A stretch of DNA of 64,000 bases from Rhodanobacter sp. GTDB lineage: Bacteria; Pseudomonadota; Gammaproteobacteria; Xanthomonadales; Rhodanobacteraceae. This document shows, piece after piece, positions 1-9,990 of the stretch. The stretch is taken from assembly GCA_036561785.1 (NCBI GenBank), contig DATCUT010000104.1, forward strand, positions 14,282-78,281, given 5' to 3'. The notes under the pieces are model-generated. The model saw only the letters and a program-made list of their open reading frames with translations, made no database searches and had not been told where the DNA came from. The position numbers were made by a program, and so were the translations under genes. Position 1 is the stretch's first letter. Every line of letters begins with the position of its first letter.

Positions 1-1
1 C

Positions 2-853
2 GTGGCCGAGGATTTCAGCCTGCACGGGCTCCGGCTGGTGCTGGACTGCGCGCATGGCGCGACCTACCAGGTGGCGCCGAAGGTGTTTGCCGAACTGGGT
101 GCCGAAGTGATCGTGATCGGCGACAAGCCGGATGGCTTCAACATCAACCGCGAGGTCGGCTCGACCCATCCGCAGGCCTTGCAGCAGGCGGTGCTGGCGC
201 ATGGCGCCGACATCGGCATCGCGTTCGACGGCGATGGCGACCGCGTGCAATTGGTCGACCGGCATGGCGTGCTGGCCGATGGCGACGACATCCTCTATGT
301 GCTGGCGCGCAGCTGGCATGCACAGGGGCGGCTGCAGGGGCCGGTGGTCGGCACCTTGATGAGCAACTATGGCCTGCAACTGGCGCTGGCCGAACTCGAT
401 GTGCCGCTGATTCGTGCCAACGTGGGCGACCGCTACGTGCTGCAGCAGCTGAAGGAACGCAACGGCATGCTTGGTGGCGAGACCTCCGGCCACATCCTGT
501 GCCTGGACCGCGCCACCACCGGCGATGGCATCGTCGCCGCACTGGCCGTGCTGGAGGCGCTGGCGCAGTCAGGTGAGGACCTGGCGACAGCACGGCAGGG
601 TCTGAAGAAAATGCCTCAGGTGATGCTGAACGTGCGCGCGGTGGGTGCCCGCGAGGCGCTGGCCGGCAGCGAGGTGCGGCAGGCACTGGCCGAGGTGGAG
701 CAGATCCTGCACGGCCGCGGCCGGGTGGTGCTGCGCGCCTCCGGTACCGAACCGCTGGTGCGCGTCACCATCGAAGGTGCCGATGCGGCGGAAGTGCAGC
801 AGTTGGCAGAGAAGCTCGCGGGGACTGTAAAATCCGCAGCCGAACGCTCGTGA
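2..853 (+). CDS. glmM: Phosphoglucosamine mutase (5'-truncated by window edge)
   Basis: DGDGDR metal-binding loop, GGETSGH, RASGTEP C-terminal motif; lies near tpiA-secG. Confidence 0.95.
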   Translation: MAEDFSLHGLRLVLDCAHGATYQVAPKVFAELGAEVIVIGDKPDGFNINREVGSTHPQALQQAVLAHGADIGIAFDGDGDRVQLVDRHGVLADGDDILYVLARSWHAQGRLQGPVVGTLMSNYGLQLALAELDVPLIRANVGDRYVLQQLKERNGMLGGETSGHILCLDRATTGDGIVAALAVLEALAQSGEDLATARQGLKKMPQVMLNVRAVGAREALAGSEVRQALAEVEQILHGRGRVVLRASGTEPLVRVTIEGADAAEVQQLAEKLAGTVKSAAERS

Positions 854-951
854 ACCTGTAGTGGTATTGGGTCGCCATGGATTGGCCCGACGTGCCCCGC
901 CCTTGCGGTGGCGGATGAATCGACCGCACGCCCAACCAGGTAACTACAGCC

Positions 952-1884
952 ATGAAGAATGTTCCCACCCTCAACATCCGCCGCTACGGCACCGATCGCG
1001 ACGCCTTCGTCGCCGAGATCGGCGCGGCTTACCGCGAATTCGGTTTTTGCTGCATCAGCGGACACGGCATCCCGCGCGAACTGATCGACGGCTCATATGA
1101 CGTGTTCCAGCGCTTCTTCGCGCTGCCGACCGAAACCAAGATGAAGTACCACATCGCCGGTGCCGGCGGTGCGCGCGGCTACACGCCGTTCAAGGTGGAG
1201 ACCGCCAAGGACAGCCAGTACGCCGACCTCAAGGAGTTCTGGCATGTCGGCCGCGAGATCCCGCGCGATTCGAAGTTCGCCGATGTGATGCCGCCGAACA
1301 TCTGGCCCAGCGAAGTGCCGGATTTCAAGCAGTACGGCTACGGCCTGTACGAGGCGCTGGATCAGCTCGGCACCCGCGTGCTGCGCGCCTTGGCCTTGCA
1401 CATCGGCGAGCCGGAAAATTTTTTCGAGGACAAGACCGACGTCGGCAACTCGATCCTGCGCCCGATCCACTATCCGCCGATCACCCAGGACAACATCCCC
1501 AACGTGCGCGCCGGCGCGCACGAGGACATCAATTTCATCACCCTGCTGGTCGGCGCCAGCGCCGAGGGGCTGGAGGTGCTGAGCCATGGCGAGTGGCTGC
1601 CGATCACCACCGAGGGCGACGCGATCGTGGTGAACATCGGCGACATGCTGCAGCGACTGAGCAACCACGTGTATCCGTCCACCTCGCATCGGGTGGTCAA
1701 CCCGCAGAACGAGAACGCGCGCAAGCCGCGCTATTCGGTGCCGTTCTTCCTGCATCCGAACCCGGACGTGGTGCTGGACCCGCTCGACTCGTGCATCACG
1801 CCGGACAACCCGCGTCGCTACGACACCTCAATCAGCTCGCACGAATATCTCATGCAACGCCTGCGCGAGATCAAGCTGATCTAA
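952..1884 (+). CDS. 2OG-Fe(II) oxygenase, isopenicillin N synthase-like family
   Basis: HEDINFITLL (HxD), distal H in STSHRV, RYS 2OG-binding motif, N-terminal GFCCISGHGI. Confidence 0.88.
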   Translation: MKNVPTLNIRRYGTDRDAFVAEIGAAYREFGFCCISGHGIPRELIDGSYDVFQRFFALPTETKMKYHIAGAGGARGYTPFKVETAKDSQYADLKEFWHVGREIPRDSKFADVMPPNIWPSEVPDFKQYGYGLYEALDQLGTRVLRALALHIGEPENFFEDKTDVGNSILRPIHYPPITQDNIPNVRAGAHEDINFITLLVGASAEGLEVLSHGEWLPITTEGDAIVVNIGDMLQRLSNHVYPSTSHRVVNPQNENARKPRYSVPFFLHPNPDVVLDPLDSCITPDNPRRYDTSISSHEYLMQRLREIKLI

Positions 1885-1906
1885 AGGCCAGACCTCTTGC
1901 CTCCAG

Positions 1907-1951
1907 CCCGTTCACCCTGAGCGTAGCCGCGCAGCGGCGAAGTCGAAGGGC
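1907..1951. repeat. REP-like short element (CCCTGAGC...GTCGAAGGG type) between convergent genes
   Basis: CCCGTTCACCCTGAGCGTAGCCGCGCAGCGGCGAAGTCGAAGGGC with an internal hairpin; resembles a widespread proteobacterial intergenic repeat family. Confidence 0.5.
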
Positions 1952-1960
1952 GGCTGGCCG

Positions 1961-2632
1961 TCAAGCCATCCAGAAGAACACGGCGGTCATGCGCTTGGCC
2001 GCCGTTTCCAGTCCCCAGTACGCGCTGGCGCTGTGGATCAGGTTGGCCTTGTAGACCAGCAGCCGGTTGTAGCGGTGCGCCACGCGCACATCCTCGACAA
2101 ACGAATTCGGCTGCACGAAGCGATTACCCAGCGCCTCGGCCAGGTTGCGGTGCGGCGGCAGCACGATATTGCCGCCGAACTGGCCGCCGGGCATGCGCTG
2201 GCGGAAGAAGCTGGTGCCGCACTGCTCCGGCACGCCGGGGTTGAGATACAGCACGGCGGCGTAGCGGCACAGGTTCGATGAATCGGTATGCGGCTTGACC
2301 GAGCCTTCGACCGAGCCGACCACCTGCACGCAATTATGGTTGAGCCGGATACCGGTCCCGGTCTGCTCGACCCAGACTTTCTTCGCGCCGGTCAGCCGGC
2401 ACACCTGCGCATCCAATGCGGCCAGCTCTTCGTCGAGCAAGGCGGGCATGGCGCGCATGCCCGGCCATACCTCGCCGGTGTACGGATAACCCATTTCCCA
2501 GTCGGTCTTGGCCAGGCAGCGGGCGCGCACCTCGTCGGCATTCGGCAGCACGTCGTCGACCACCCAGTAATCGCGACCTTCGATGGGCTTGCGATAAGGC
2601 AACGGGCGCATCTGGGTAGGGAACAGGGACAT
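1961..2632 (-). CDS. 2OG-Fe(II) oxygenase-like protein (DUF6445-like)
   Basis: PHTD, AAVLYL, GTSFF, YNRLLVYKANLIHS, R-x-T motifs; start MSLFPTQ at 2632. Confidence 0.75.
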   Translation of the reverse strand: MSLFPTQMRPLPYRKPIEGRDYWVVDDVLPNADEVRARCLAKTDWEMGYPYTGEVWPGMRAMPALLDEELAALDAQVCRLTGAKKVWVEQTGTGIRLNHNCVQVVGSVEGSVKPHTDSSNLCRYAAVLYLNPGVPEQCGTSFFRQRMPGGQFGGNIVLPPHRNLAEALGNRFVQPNSFVEDVRVAHRYNRLLVYKANLIHSASAYWGLETAAKRMTAVFFWMA

Positions 2633-2691
2633 TCGATGAAGGCCGATGGTGTGTGCGGAAGAACAGTAGCCGGCGACGCAGATTCGCGAAG

Positions 2692-3501
2692 CTAGATCTG
2701 GGTATTCCGGTAGCGTTTCGACTCCCGCGCGGAAAGCCACATGGCCAATCGGTCCGGCAGCAACTGGATGACGGCCTTGATGGTCCGGTTGACCCGGCCC
2801 GGGATGTACACGGCGTCGCCGCGTTCGATCGCCGCGATGCCCTGGTGCACCACCTCGTCCGCGCTCAGCCACATGAAGCCGGGCAGTTTGTTCATCTTGT
2901 CGCGGGTGCGGGTGATGTCGTGGAATTCCGACCAGGTGAAGCCGGGGCAGAGTGCGCAGACGTTCACCCCGGCCGCGCGGTTTTCCAGTGCCAGCGACTG
3001 CGAGAACTTGATCAGGTAGGCCTTGCTGGCGGCGTACAAGGTGTGCCCGGCCGGACCCGGGACGTGCCCGGCGAGCGAGGCGACGTTGATGATGCGGCCA
3101 TGACCGCGCTGGCGCATGCCCGGCAGCAACCGCCACGTCAGTTCGGTGGGCGCGGTCAGCAGTACCTGCAGGAAGTCCGCGTGGGTCGCCCAGTCGTTGG
3201 CGACGAAGGTGCCGGGTACGCCGTACCCGGCGTTGTTGATCAACCAGTCGACCTGCAGGTCACGCTGTTCCAGCGCATCGCACAGTGCCCGTGGCGTGGC
3301 CGGGTCAGCGAGGTCGTGCGGCAGCACGGTGACCTGGACGGCATGTTGTCCGCGAAGTTCAGTGGCGAGAGCTTCCAGCCGATCGGCGCGGCGCGCGGTC
3401 AGCACCAGGTCGTGGCCGAGCGCGGCGAGTTGCCGGGCAAACGCGGCACCGATGCCGGACGAGGCACCAGTGATCAAGCTGAGCGGGCGGGGAGGCGGCA
3501 T
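2692..3501 (-). CDS. SDR family oxidoreductase
   Basis: TGASSGIG, NNAG, YAASK motifs. Confidence 0.92.
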   Translation of the reverse strand: MPPPRPLSLITGASSGIGAAFARQLAALGHDLVLTARRADRLEALATELRGQHAVQVTVLPHDLADPATPRALCDALEQRDLQVDWLINNAGYGVPGTFVANDWATHADFLQVLLTAPTELTWRLLPGMRQRGHGRIINVASLAGHVPGPAGHTLYAASKAYLIKFSQSLALENRAAGVNVCALCPGFTWSEFHDITRTRDKMNKLPGFMWLSADEVVHQGIAAIERGDAVYIPGRVNRTIKAVIQLLPDRLAMWLSARESKRYRNTQI

Positions 3502-3628
3502 GCGGCGTTCCATGTGGCGAATCGTCATTCTTGACCGGGCCGGCCGAGCGGCGCCAGTAGGCAGTATAGGTTTGCCCATATCCGGGGCCATCGGTAAGCT
3601 TGCGGTTTGACCGCAACGGAAGCAGCAC

Positions 3629-4396
3629 ATGCGCAAGAAATTCGTCGCCGGCAACTGGAAAATGCACGGCAGCCGTTCGATGGCCAAGGCCCTGATGAAC
3701 GACATCGCCACCGGCATGCCGGATGATATCGATGTGGCCGTATTCCCGCCGTTTCCGTACGTGGCCGAACTGGCCTGGCAGCACGCCGACTCCGGCCTGG
3801 GCGTGGGCGCGCAGGACGTCAGCGAGCATGAGGGGCAGGGCGCATATACCGGCGAAGTCTCCGCCGCCATGCTGGCGGACATCGGCGCGCGCTGGGTGCT
3901 GGTCGGGCATTCCGAGCGCCGCCAGTATCACGGCGAAGGTGACGAACTGGTCGCACGCAAATTTGCTGCGGCCCGTGCCGGTGGCCTGACCCCGATCCTG
4001 TGCGTGGGCGAGACCCTGGAACAGCGTAAATCCGGTGAAACCGAAGCGGTCATCGCACGGCAGCTGCAGGCGGTGCTGGCGCTCAATGGCGTGGCCAGTT
4101 TCGACACCGCGGTAATCGCCTACGAGCCGGTCTGGGCGATCGGCACCGGCCACACCGCCAGCCCGGAGCAGGCGCAGCAAGTGCACGCCTTCATTCGTAG
4201 CCAACTGGAAAAGGAAGATGTTATGATTGCCCGTCTGACCCGACTGCTTTACGGCGGCAGTGTCAAGGCGGCCAATGCCGCGGAATTGTTCGCGCAGGCG
4301 GACGTGGACGGAGGGCTGATCGGCGGTGCCTCTCTGACCGCATCCGACTTCCTTGGAATCTGCGCCGCGGCGCATCAGGCGCTACAGGCTCAATAG
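3629..4396 (+). CDS. tpiA: Triosephosphate isomerase
   Basis: AGNWKM, GHSERR, AYEPVWAIGTG, LYGGSV, GGLIGGASL. Confidence 0.98.
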   Translation: MRKKFVAGNWKMHGSRSMAKALMNDIATGMPDDIDVAVFPPFPYVAELAWQHADSGLGVGAQDVSEHEGQGAYTGEVSAAMLADIGARWVLVGHSERRQYHGEGDELVARKFAAARAGGLTPILCVGETLEQRKSGETEAVIARQLQAVLALNGVASFDTAVIAYEPVWAIGTGHTASPEQAQQVHAFIRSQLEKEDVMIARLTRLLYGGSVKAANAAELFAQADVDGGLIGGASLTASDFLGICAAAHQALQAQ

Positions 4397-4403
4397 AAAC
4401 CTT

Positions 4404-4865
4404 ATGTTCGTCATTTTCAGCGTGTTTTACATTCTGATCGCTGCGGCGATGATCGTGCTGATCCTGCTGCAGAACGGCGCTGGCGCCGATGCCGGCTCGG
4501 GCTTCGGCGGCGGCGCGTCGGCCACGGTGTTCGGCGCGCGTGGTTCGTCCACGTTCCTGACGCGTGCCACCGGCGTGCTTGCGGGTTTGTTCTTCCTGCT
4601 CAGTCTCGGCATGGGCATCTACCTGCATGGCAACGGCGCGCCGCATACCAATGCGGAAGATCTGGGCGTGATGGCCGCGCTCGCCGACAAACCGTCTGCC
4701 GGCAAGACGACCCCATCCGCGCCGGCGGCTGGCTCGGAAGTACCGGCAGCGGCCCCCGCTGCAACCAACAACGCCGTCCCGGCCGCACAGCCGGCGGCAA
4801 CCCCCGCCCCGACCCAGAGTCAGGGCGAGGTACCGGCAGCCACCGAGCCGCCGGCCAGGCACTGA
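4404..4865 (+). CDS. secG: Preprotein translocase subunit SecG
   Basis: Two TM helices flanking GSGFGGGASATVFG; between tpiA and tRNA-Leu; Ala/Pro-rich tail. Confidence 0.95.
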   Translation: MFVIFSVFYILIAAAMIVLILLQNGAGADAGSGFGGGASATVFGARGSSTFLTRATGVLAGLFFLLSLGMGIYLHGNGAPHTNAEDLGVMAALADKPSAGKTTPSAPAAGSEVPAAAPAATNNAVPAAQPAATPAPTQSQGEVPAATEPPARH

Positions 4866-4876
4866 GCAACACACCT

Positions 4877-4961
4877 GCCCAGGTGGCGGAACTGGTAGAC
4901 GCACTACCTTGAGGTGGTAGCGACGCAAGTCGTAGGGGTTCGAGTCCCCTCTTGGGCACCA
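4877..4961 (+). tRNA. tRNA-Leu(GAG)
   Basis: GCCCAGG acceptor stem pairs with CTTGGGC-ACCA; anticodon arm CTACC-TTGAGGT-GGTAG; long variable arm; GGTTCGAGTCC T-arm. Confidence 0.97.
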
Positions 4962-5004
4962 ATGAAGGTTTCAGTGAGCAATCGCTGAAACCGCAGCAGA
5001 CAGG

Positions 5005-5030
5005 AAAACCGCCAGTTGGCGGTTTTTTTG
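5005..5030 (+). terminator. Intrinsic terminator after tRNA-Leu
   Basis: AAAACCGCCA-GT-TGGCGGTTTTTTT. Confidence 0.85.
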
Positions 5031-5070
5031 TATGCGTCGTGGTATCAGCCTCGTTGGACTCGCGACGGGA

Positions 5071-5091
5071 GCCCAAGAGGGGACTCGAACC
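5071..5091 (-). repeat. Perfect 21-bp inverted copy of the tRNA-Leu 3' half
   Basis: GCCCAAGAGGGGACTCGAACC is the exact reverse complement of 4937-4957. Confidence 0.9.
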
Positions 5092-5287
5092 AACAAACAG
5101 AGTGATGTTCTGGACATCGGGCAGCCAGCAGGGTTGTCGCACTGTGCTTCCCGCACAACGCGTGTGGGTGGCGGCCGACATATCGGGCCTTCCGACCATG
5201 ACACATTGTGCCCGGACGATGAAGGCATCGGATGACCGATCGGTCGTGTCGCTGCCAGGTTCCTCACTGGAAGGGGGAGTGGGTGTC

Positions 5288-5542
5288 ATGGTGACGATTT
5301 CGCTGGAGCAATCAGCCGCGGGTGACTGGCGTGTTTGCCGCTGCCGGATCACGTTGTTCAGTGACCTGCAGCTGGGGGCGGCAATCAAGCTTGCCCGGGA
5401 AATGGCTCGCGACGAGCATCAGCGCCTCGGGCGCCAGGTCCGGGTGGAAATGCCGGGGCCGATTTCCACGATCGTGCTGGCGCGCTACGCCGACGACGGC
5501 GACGAAAGCAAAAGCAACGCGGCCGACGCACTGGCCGCCTGA
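5288..5542 (+). CDS. Small hypothetical protein (84 aa)
   Basis: ORF MVTISLEQSAAGDW... preceded by the strong RBS GAAGGGGGAG; host-like codon usage. Confidence 0.65.
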   Translation: MVTISLEQSAAGDWRVCRCRITLFSDLQLGAAIKLAREMARDEHQRLGRQVRVEMPGPISTIVLARYADDGDESKSNAADALAA

Positions 5543-5705
5543 GCATCTTTCGGCTTGGGGTCCATATCACGCCATGATGCCGCGCCACCGTGCCTGCGCG
5601 CCGCAGAGGAGCCGGATCTCGTGCCATACAACGGAAGTACCGAACTGCTTGCAATGAGGCGCCGTGCGGCCTAATTTCATGCAGCCCAACCAAGGAGGGC
5701 GTCAA

Positions 5706-6359
5706 GTGATCAATGTGGTCCTGGTGGACGATCACGAGCTGGTTCGCACCGGCTTCCGAATGATCCTGCAGCAACAGCCGGACATCAGTGTCAGCGGCGA
5801 AGCGGGCAGTGCCGAGGATGGCCTGCACCTGATCCGGACGTTGACGCCGAACATCGCCCTGGTCGACGTGCACATGCCCGGCATGAGCGGGATCGAGCTC
5901 ACCGAGCGCGTCTGCCGCTCGAAGCTGTCCACGCATGTCGTCATCGTGACGGTGGTCGATGACGCACGCTTTCCCAAGCGCCTGCTCGATGCCGGCGCGC
6001 TTGGTTACCTGACCAAGGGCTGCAGTGCCGACGAACTGGTATCCGCGGTGCGCCAAGTGGCCGGTGGCCGTCGTTATCTTGCCCCTGCGGTTGCGCAGCA
6101 GCTTGCGTTGGCCACTCTCGACGGTAGTGCCTCGCCGTTCGACGTACTGTCCAGCCGCGAACTCGAGGTAGCGATGATGCTGGTTCGCGGCAAGCCGTTG
6201 ACGATCATCGGCGAGCAGCTCAATCTGAGCCCGAAGACCGTATCCACTTACAAGCAACGCCTGATGGAAAAGCTGCATGTGGACCATGTGCTTAGCCTTG
6301 CCCATCTGATGACGGTGCACGGCCTGATCGATACGCCGAATCACCACGTCGGCAACTGA
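5706..6359 (+). CDS. NarL/LuxR-family response regulator, UvrY/GacA-like
   Basis: LVDDHELVRTG receiver, DVHMPG, GYLTKG, LSPKTVSTY HTH; RBS AAGGAGG before GTG. Confidence 0.9.
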   Translation: MINVVLVDDHELVRTGFRMILQQQPDISVSGEAGSAEDGLHLIRTLTPNIALVDVHMPGMSGIELTERVCRSKLSTHVVIVTVVDDARFPKRLLDAGALGYLTKGCSADELVSAVRQVAGGRRYLAPAVAQQLALATLDGSASPFDVLSSRELEVAMMLVRGKPLTIIGEQLNLSPKTVSTYKQRLMEKLHVDHVLSLAHLMTVHGLIDTPNHHVGN

Positions 6360-6390
6360 TACGGCGGATGCGTTGCTGCGTGGCTCCAGG

Positions 6391-6426
6391 CAATAAAAAA
6401 CCGGACGCGAGTCCGGTTTTTTATTG
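6391..6426. terminator. Bidirectional intrinsic terminator
   Basis: CAATAAAAAACCGGAC-GCGA-GTCCGGTTTTTTATTG between convergent genes. Confidence 0.9.
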
Positions 6427-6449
6427 GTGTGGCGCGGTGCTGCGGCGAC

Positions 6450-9400
6450 TCAGCCGTGCGAGTCGTTCTTGTGCGCATCAGGCTCGTCGTGCGACAGCGA
6501 CGATGCCGGTTTGCCTGCTTCGTCAGCCGGCGGTGTCGGCTTTGCCGGATGGATCGGCTGGGCCAGCAAGTCGCCTTGCTTGGGCAACGGCAGCGAAGCT
6601 ATCGGGCTGGCAACCGTCGGCTTTTCAGAAACGTCGACCGTGGCCGCAGGTATCGTCACGCTGACCGGATGGTCTTCCTGCTGGGCGACCGGAGTGGCCA
6701 CCGTCGGGGACGTCGCTGCAGACGGCGCAGGAGCTGGCGCTGCAATCGGAGCGGGAGTCACAGGAGCAACGACTGCCGGGCTTGCCGGAGTCGCCGCTAC
6801 CGGGGCTGGCCGCACCACCGCCGGCTCTGCGTCGAAGGCTGGCCCGCTGATCGTCGTCGGCGTCACCGTAGTCGTGGTGATGGTTGCCGGTGCGGCGGGG
6901 GCGGATTCTACCCCTGCGGCGTGAGCGTCCACTTGGGGCACATTGGTCGAAGCAGCTTGAGGCTTCGGCGCAGCGGGAGCAGCCGTGGGAGTGATCCTGA
7001 CGATATCCTGCTCGTCAACGGCGTTCGTTGCCGCCGCGGACTTCACCTGGTCGGGGATCGGCGGCAGGGTAGGCAGGTTGAAGGCTGTGGCGGCGGGCAT
7101 GGCGGCGCTGACTGCCGCTGCAACCGTGGTAGTAACGGGCTTTTCGATCGGCTGGGCAACCATCGGTTGGCGAACTGCCGGAATGGCATGGCCGGCCACG
7201 TCCACGTCGCCTGAAGCCATGGCCGCGGACGACGATTCACGCGGCGGTTGCTCGCTGCGTACGACCGTGGTGACCGCCGTGGCAGAAGCAGCGGTGGCTT
7301 CGTCACGATCCTCATCATCGAGCGCCTGTGCCTGCTCGCTATCGATGCCCGCGCCGTTCGCGCCGGCTTCTTCATGACGGCGCCGGCGGCGACCGCCGCG
7401 ACGTCCACGACGACGGCGCGACTGGCTGCCCTCGGCATCCATTGCGCTCTCGGCGGACTCCGGTGCAGTCGACGCGGCCGGCGGCGTGAGCAGAAGTTCG
7501 GCCTCTTTGGCCGCGTCGTCCAGCGGAGCGGCGGTGGGGTGCTCATGGGGGGCGACCCGTGGCTGTCGCTCGGTTTTCGCCTGCTGCTGCGGGCTCGGCT
7601 TGCGCTCGGCCGCCCGTGCCTGGTTGTTTTCGCCCGCAGCCGGCTTGGGCTGGCGCTCCGCCTTGGCAGTCTGCACCTGTGCCTGCTGCGGCGGACGCGA
7701 TTGAGCCTCGTTGTTGCGCTGACGGTTGCTGCGGGCCTGCTGCTGGGCGGCGGATTTCGGCGAGCCCTGTTGGGTCGTTTCGCGCCGCGGCTGGCGCGAC
7801 GATGACGCGTTTGCACCATTGACCGCGCGATTGCCGCGTTCGTCGCGACGATTGCGGTTGCCGCCGTCGTTATTGCTGTCAGCGCGTTTCGGCGCCGGCG
7901 CCGGTGCGGCTGCTTCCGCGTTGCGGAACCAGCCCAGCAGGCGTGCGATGACGCCGCCGCTCGGCGCGGTACGTGCGGCCGGTGCCGCCACCGGCTGACG
8001 CCGCGCAGCAGGCTGTGCCGGGGCAATCGGCGCGACGATTTCTTCGCGCACAGGTGCCGGGCTGGCCGGCACGATACCGCTCACCGCAGGCAGTTCGCCG
8101 CTGCCCAGGGCCTGGCCCATCTTCGGCAGCTCGGCCGTTTCCACCGTGGTCAGGCGCTCGTAGCTGGGCTTGCTGTGCTCGCCCATGTCCGCTTCGCGGA
8201 TGCGCTGGATCTCGATATGCGGGGTCTCCAGCTTCTCGTCGGCGACGATCATCACGTGCACCTTGTGGCGCAGTTCGATCTCGACCACGCTGGCACGCTT
8301 CTCGTTGAGCAGGAAGTTGGCGACGCTGCTCGGCGCCTGCACCAGCACCTGGCCGGTGTTGTCCTTCATCGCATGTTCTTCGATCAGGCGCAGGGTCGAC
8401 AGCGACAGCGATTCCACGCCGCGGATGTGGCCATGACCTTCGCAGCGCGGGCAGGTGATCTGGGTCGCCTCACCGAGACTCGGACGCAGTCGCTGGCGCG
8501 ACATCTCGAGCAGACCGAAGCGCGAGATGCGGCCGATCTGTACGCGGGCGCGATCCAGTTTCAGCGCATCTTTCAGGCGATCTTCCACCTCACGCTGGTG
8601 CTTCGGGCTGTCCATGTCGATGAAGTCGATCACCAGCAGGCCGCCGGCATCGCGGATGCGCGCCTGGCGGGCGATTTCCACCGCGGCTTCGCAATTGGTG
8701 TTGAACGCCGTTTCCTCGATGTCGCTGCCCTTGGTCGCCTTGGACGAGTTGACGTCGATCGCGGTCAACGCTTCGGTCTGGTCGATCACGATCGAACCGC
8801 CCGACGGCAGGCGTACCTGGCGGTCGAACGCGCTCTCGATCTGGGTCTCGATCTGGTAGCGGGTGAACAGCGGGGTGTCGTCGCGGTACAGCTTGAGCTT
8901 GCGCAGCGCGTTCGGCATCACTTGCTGCATGAAGTCGCGGGCGTCGTTGTACAGTGATTCGTCGTCGATCAGGATTTCGCCGATGTCGCTGCGCAGGTAG
9001 TCGCGCAGGGCACGGATGAACAGCTTCGACTCCTGATAGATCAGGAACGGCGCCTTCTGTTTGTTGGCCGCTTCGGAGATCGACTTCCACAGCTGCAGCA
9101 GGTAGTCCAGGTCCCACTGCAGCTCTTCGGCATCGCGGCCGAGGCCGGCGGTGCGCACGATCAGGCCGACGTCGTCAGGCACGGTGACGTGGTCGAGCGC
9201 TTCCTTCAGCGCCTGCCGATCCTCGCCCTCGATCCGGCGCGAGACGCCACCGGCTTTCGGGTTGTTCGGCATCAGCACCATGTAGCGGCCGGCCAGGCTG
9301 ATGAACGTGGTCAGGGCAGCGCCCTTGTTGCCGCGTTCTTCCTTTTCCACCTGCACGACGACTTCCTGACCCTCCTTGATCAGTTCGCGGATGTTCGCCT

Positions 9401-9656
9401 TGTGCGGGTCCATGCCCGCGGTGAAGTAATCACGGGAGATTTCCTTCAGCGGCAGGAAGCCGTGGCGCTCGGCGCCATACTCAACGAAGCAGGCTTCGAG
9501 CGAAGCCTCAACTCGAGTGATTCGACCCTTGTAAATATTGGACTTTTTCTGTTCCCGCGAAGGGATTTCGATGTCCAGGTCGTACAGGTTCTGGCCATCG
9601 ACAATGGCCACGCGCAACTCTTCACGCTGAGTCGCGTTGATCAACATACGTTTCAT
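6450..9656 (-). CDS. rne: Ribonuclease E
   Basis: [10 protein letters not shown] start, S1 domain, IDVNS, DFIDM, CPRCEG zinc link, amphipathic membrane helix ([12 protein letters not shown]), long disordered C-terminus. Confidence 0.97.
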   Translation of the reverse strand: MKRMLINATQREELRVAIVDGQNLYDLDIEIPSREQKKSNIYKGRITRVEASLEACFVEYGAERHGFLPLKEISRDYFTAGMDPHKANIRELIKEGQEVVVQVEKEERGNKGAALTTFISLAGRYMVLMPNNPKAGGVSRRIEGEDRQALKEALDHVTVPDDVGLIVRTAGLGRDAEELQWDLDYLLQLWKSISEAANKQKAPFLIYQESKLFIRALRDYLRSDIGEILIDDESLYNDARDFMQQVMPNALRKLKLYRDDTPLFTRYQIETQIESAFDRQVRLPSGGSIVIDQTEALTAIDVNSSKATKGSDIEETAFNTNCEAAVEIARQARIRDAGGLLVIDFIDMDSPKHQREVEDRLKDALKLDRARVQIGRISRFGLLEMSRQRLRPSLGEATQITCPRCEGHGHIRGVESLSLSTLRLIEEHAMKDNTGQVLVQAPSSVANFLLNEKRASVVEIELRHKVHVMIVADEKLETPHIEIQRIREADMGEHSKPSYERLTTVETAELPKMGQALGSGELPAVSGIVPASPAPVREEIVAPIAPAQPAARRQPVAAPAARTAPSGGVIARLLGWFRNAEAAAPAPAPKRADSNNDGGNRNRRDERGNRAVNGANASSSRQPRRETTQQGSPKSAAQQQARSNRQRNNEAQSRPPQQAQVQTAKAERQPKPAAGENNQARAAERKPSPQQQAKTERQPRVAPHEHPTAAPLDDAAKEAELLLTPPAASTAPESAESAMDAEGSQSRRRRGRRGGRRRRRHEEAGANGAGIDSEQAQALDDEDRDEATAASATAVTTVVRSEQPPRESSSAAMASGDVDVAGHAIPAVRQPMVAQPIEKPVTTTVAAAVSAAMPAATAFNLPTLPPIPDQVKSAAATNAVDEQDIVRITPTAAPAAPKPQAASTNVPQVDAHAAGVESAPAAPATITTTTVTPTTISGPAFDAEPAVVRPAPVAATPASPAVVAPVTPAPIAAPAPAPSAATSPTVATPVAQQEDHPVSVTIPAATVDVSEKPTVASPIASLPLPKQGDLLAQPIHPAKPTPPADEAGKPASSLSHDEPDAHKNDSHG

Positions 9657-9990
9657 GGTGGTAATCCTCGGCTTGGCCGCGCGTCGCGCGCCACGGTGGC
9701 GCCACAATGGCGGCCTGCCGGGGATCGCGCCGCTGCGGTTAAGCGGCAAAAAAACGGCACCGTTTCCGGCGTCGGGATGATTCGGTCAGCTGCGCCCGCC
9801 GCCCCGACACCGCAATGGCATCGGACAAACAGCAGCCCAAACCGTTACGATGAAAGGGAGTCGCGACCGGCCGCCCGAAGGCACCGGAGCAATCCTCGCC
9901 GACGTTACGGGCGGGCATTCGACCCGATCCAGACTTCGATGGGCAGAATGTAGCGCCCGCCGAGTATCCTATTTAAGCAGGTTTTTTTCA

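Noticed and set aside
4877-6400. Integrative element at tRNA-Leu
   Set aside because: The only tRNA-derived copy is inverted, there is no integrase, and downstream genes have host-like composition.
6450-8000. Low-complexity Ala/Pro/Thr and Arg-rich stretches in rne
   Set aside because: Expected disordered degradosome scaffold of RNase E.
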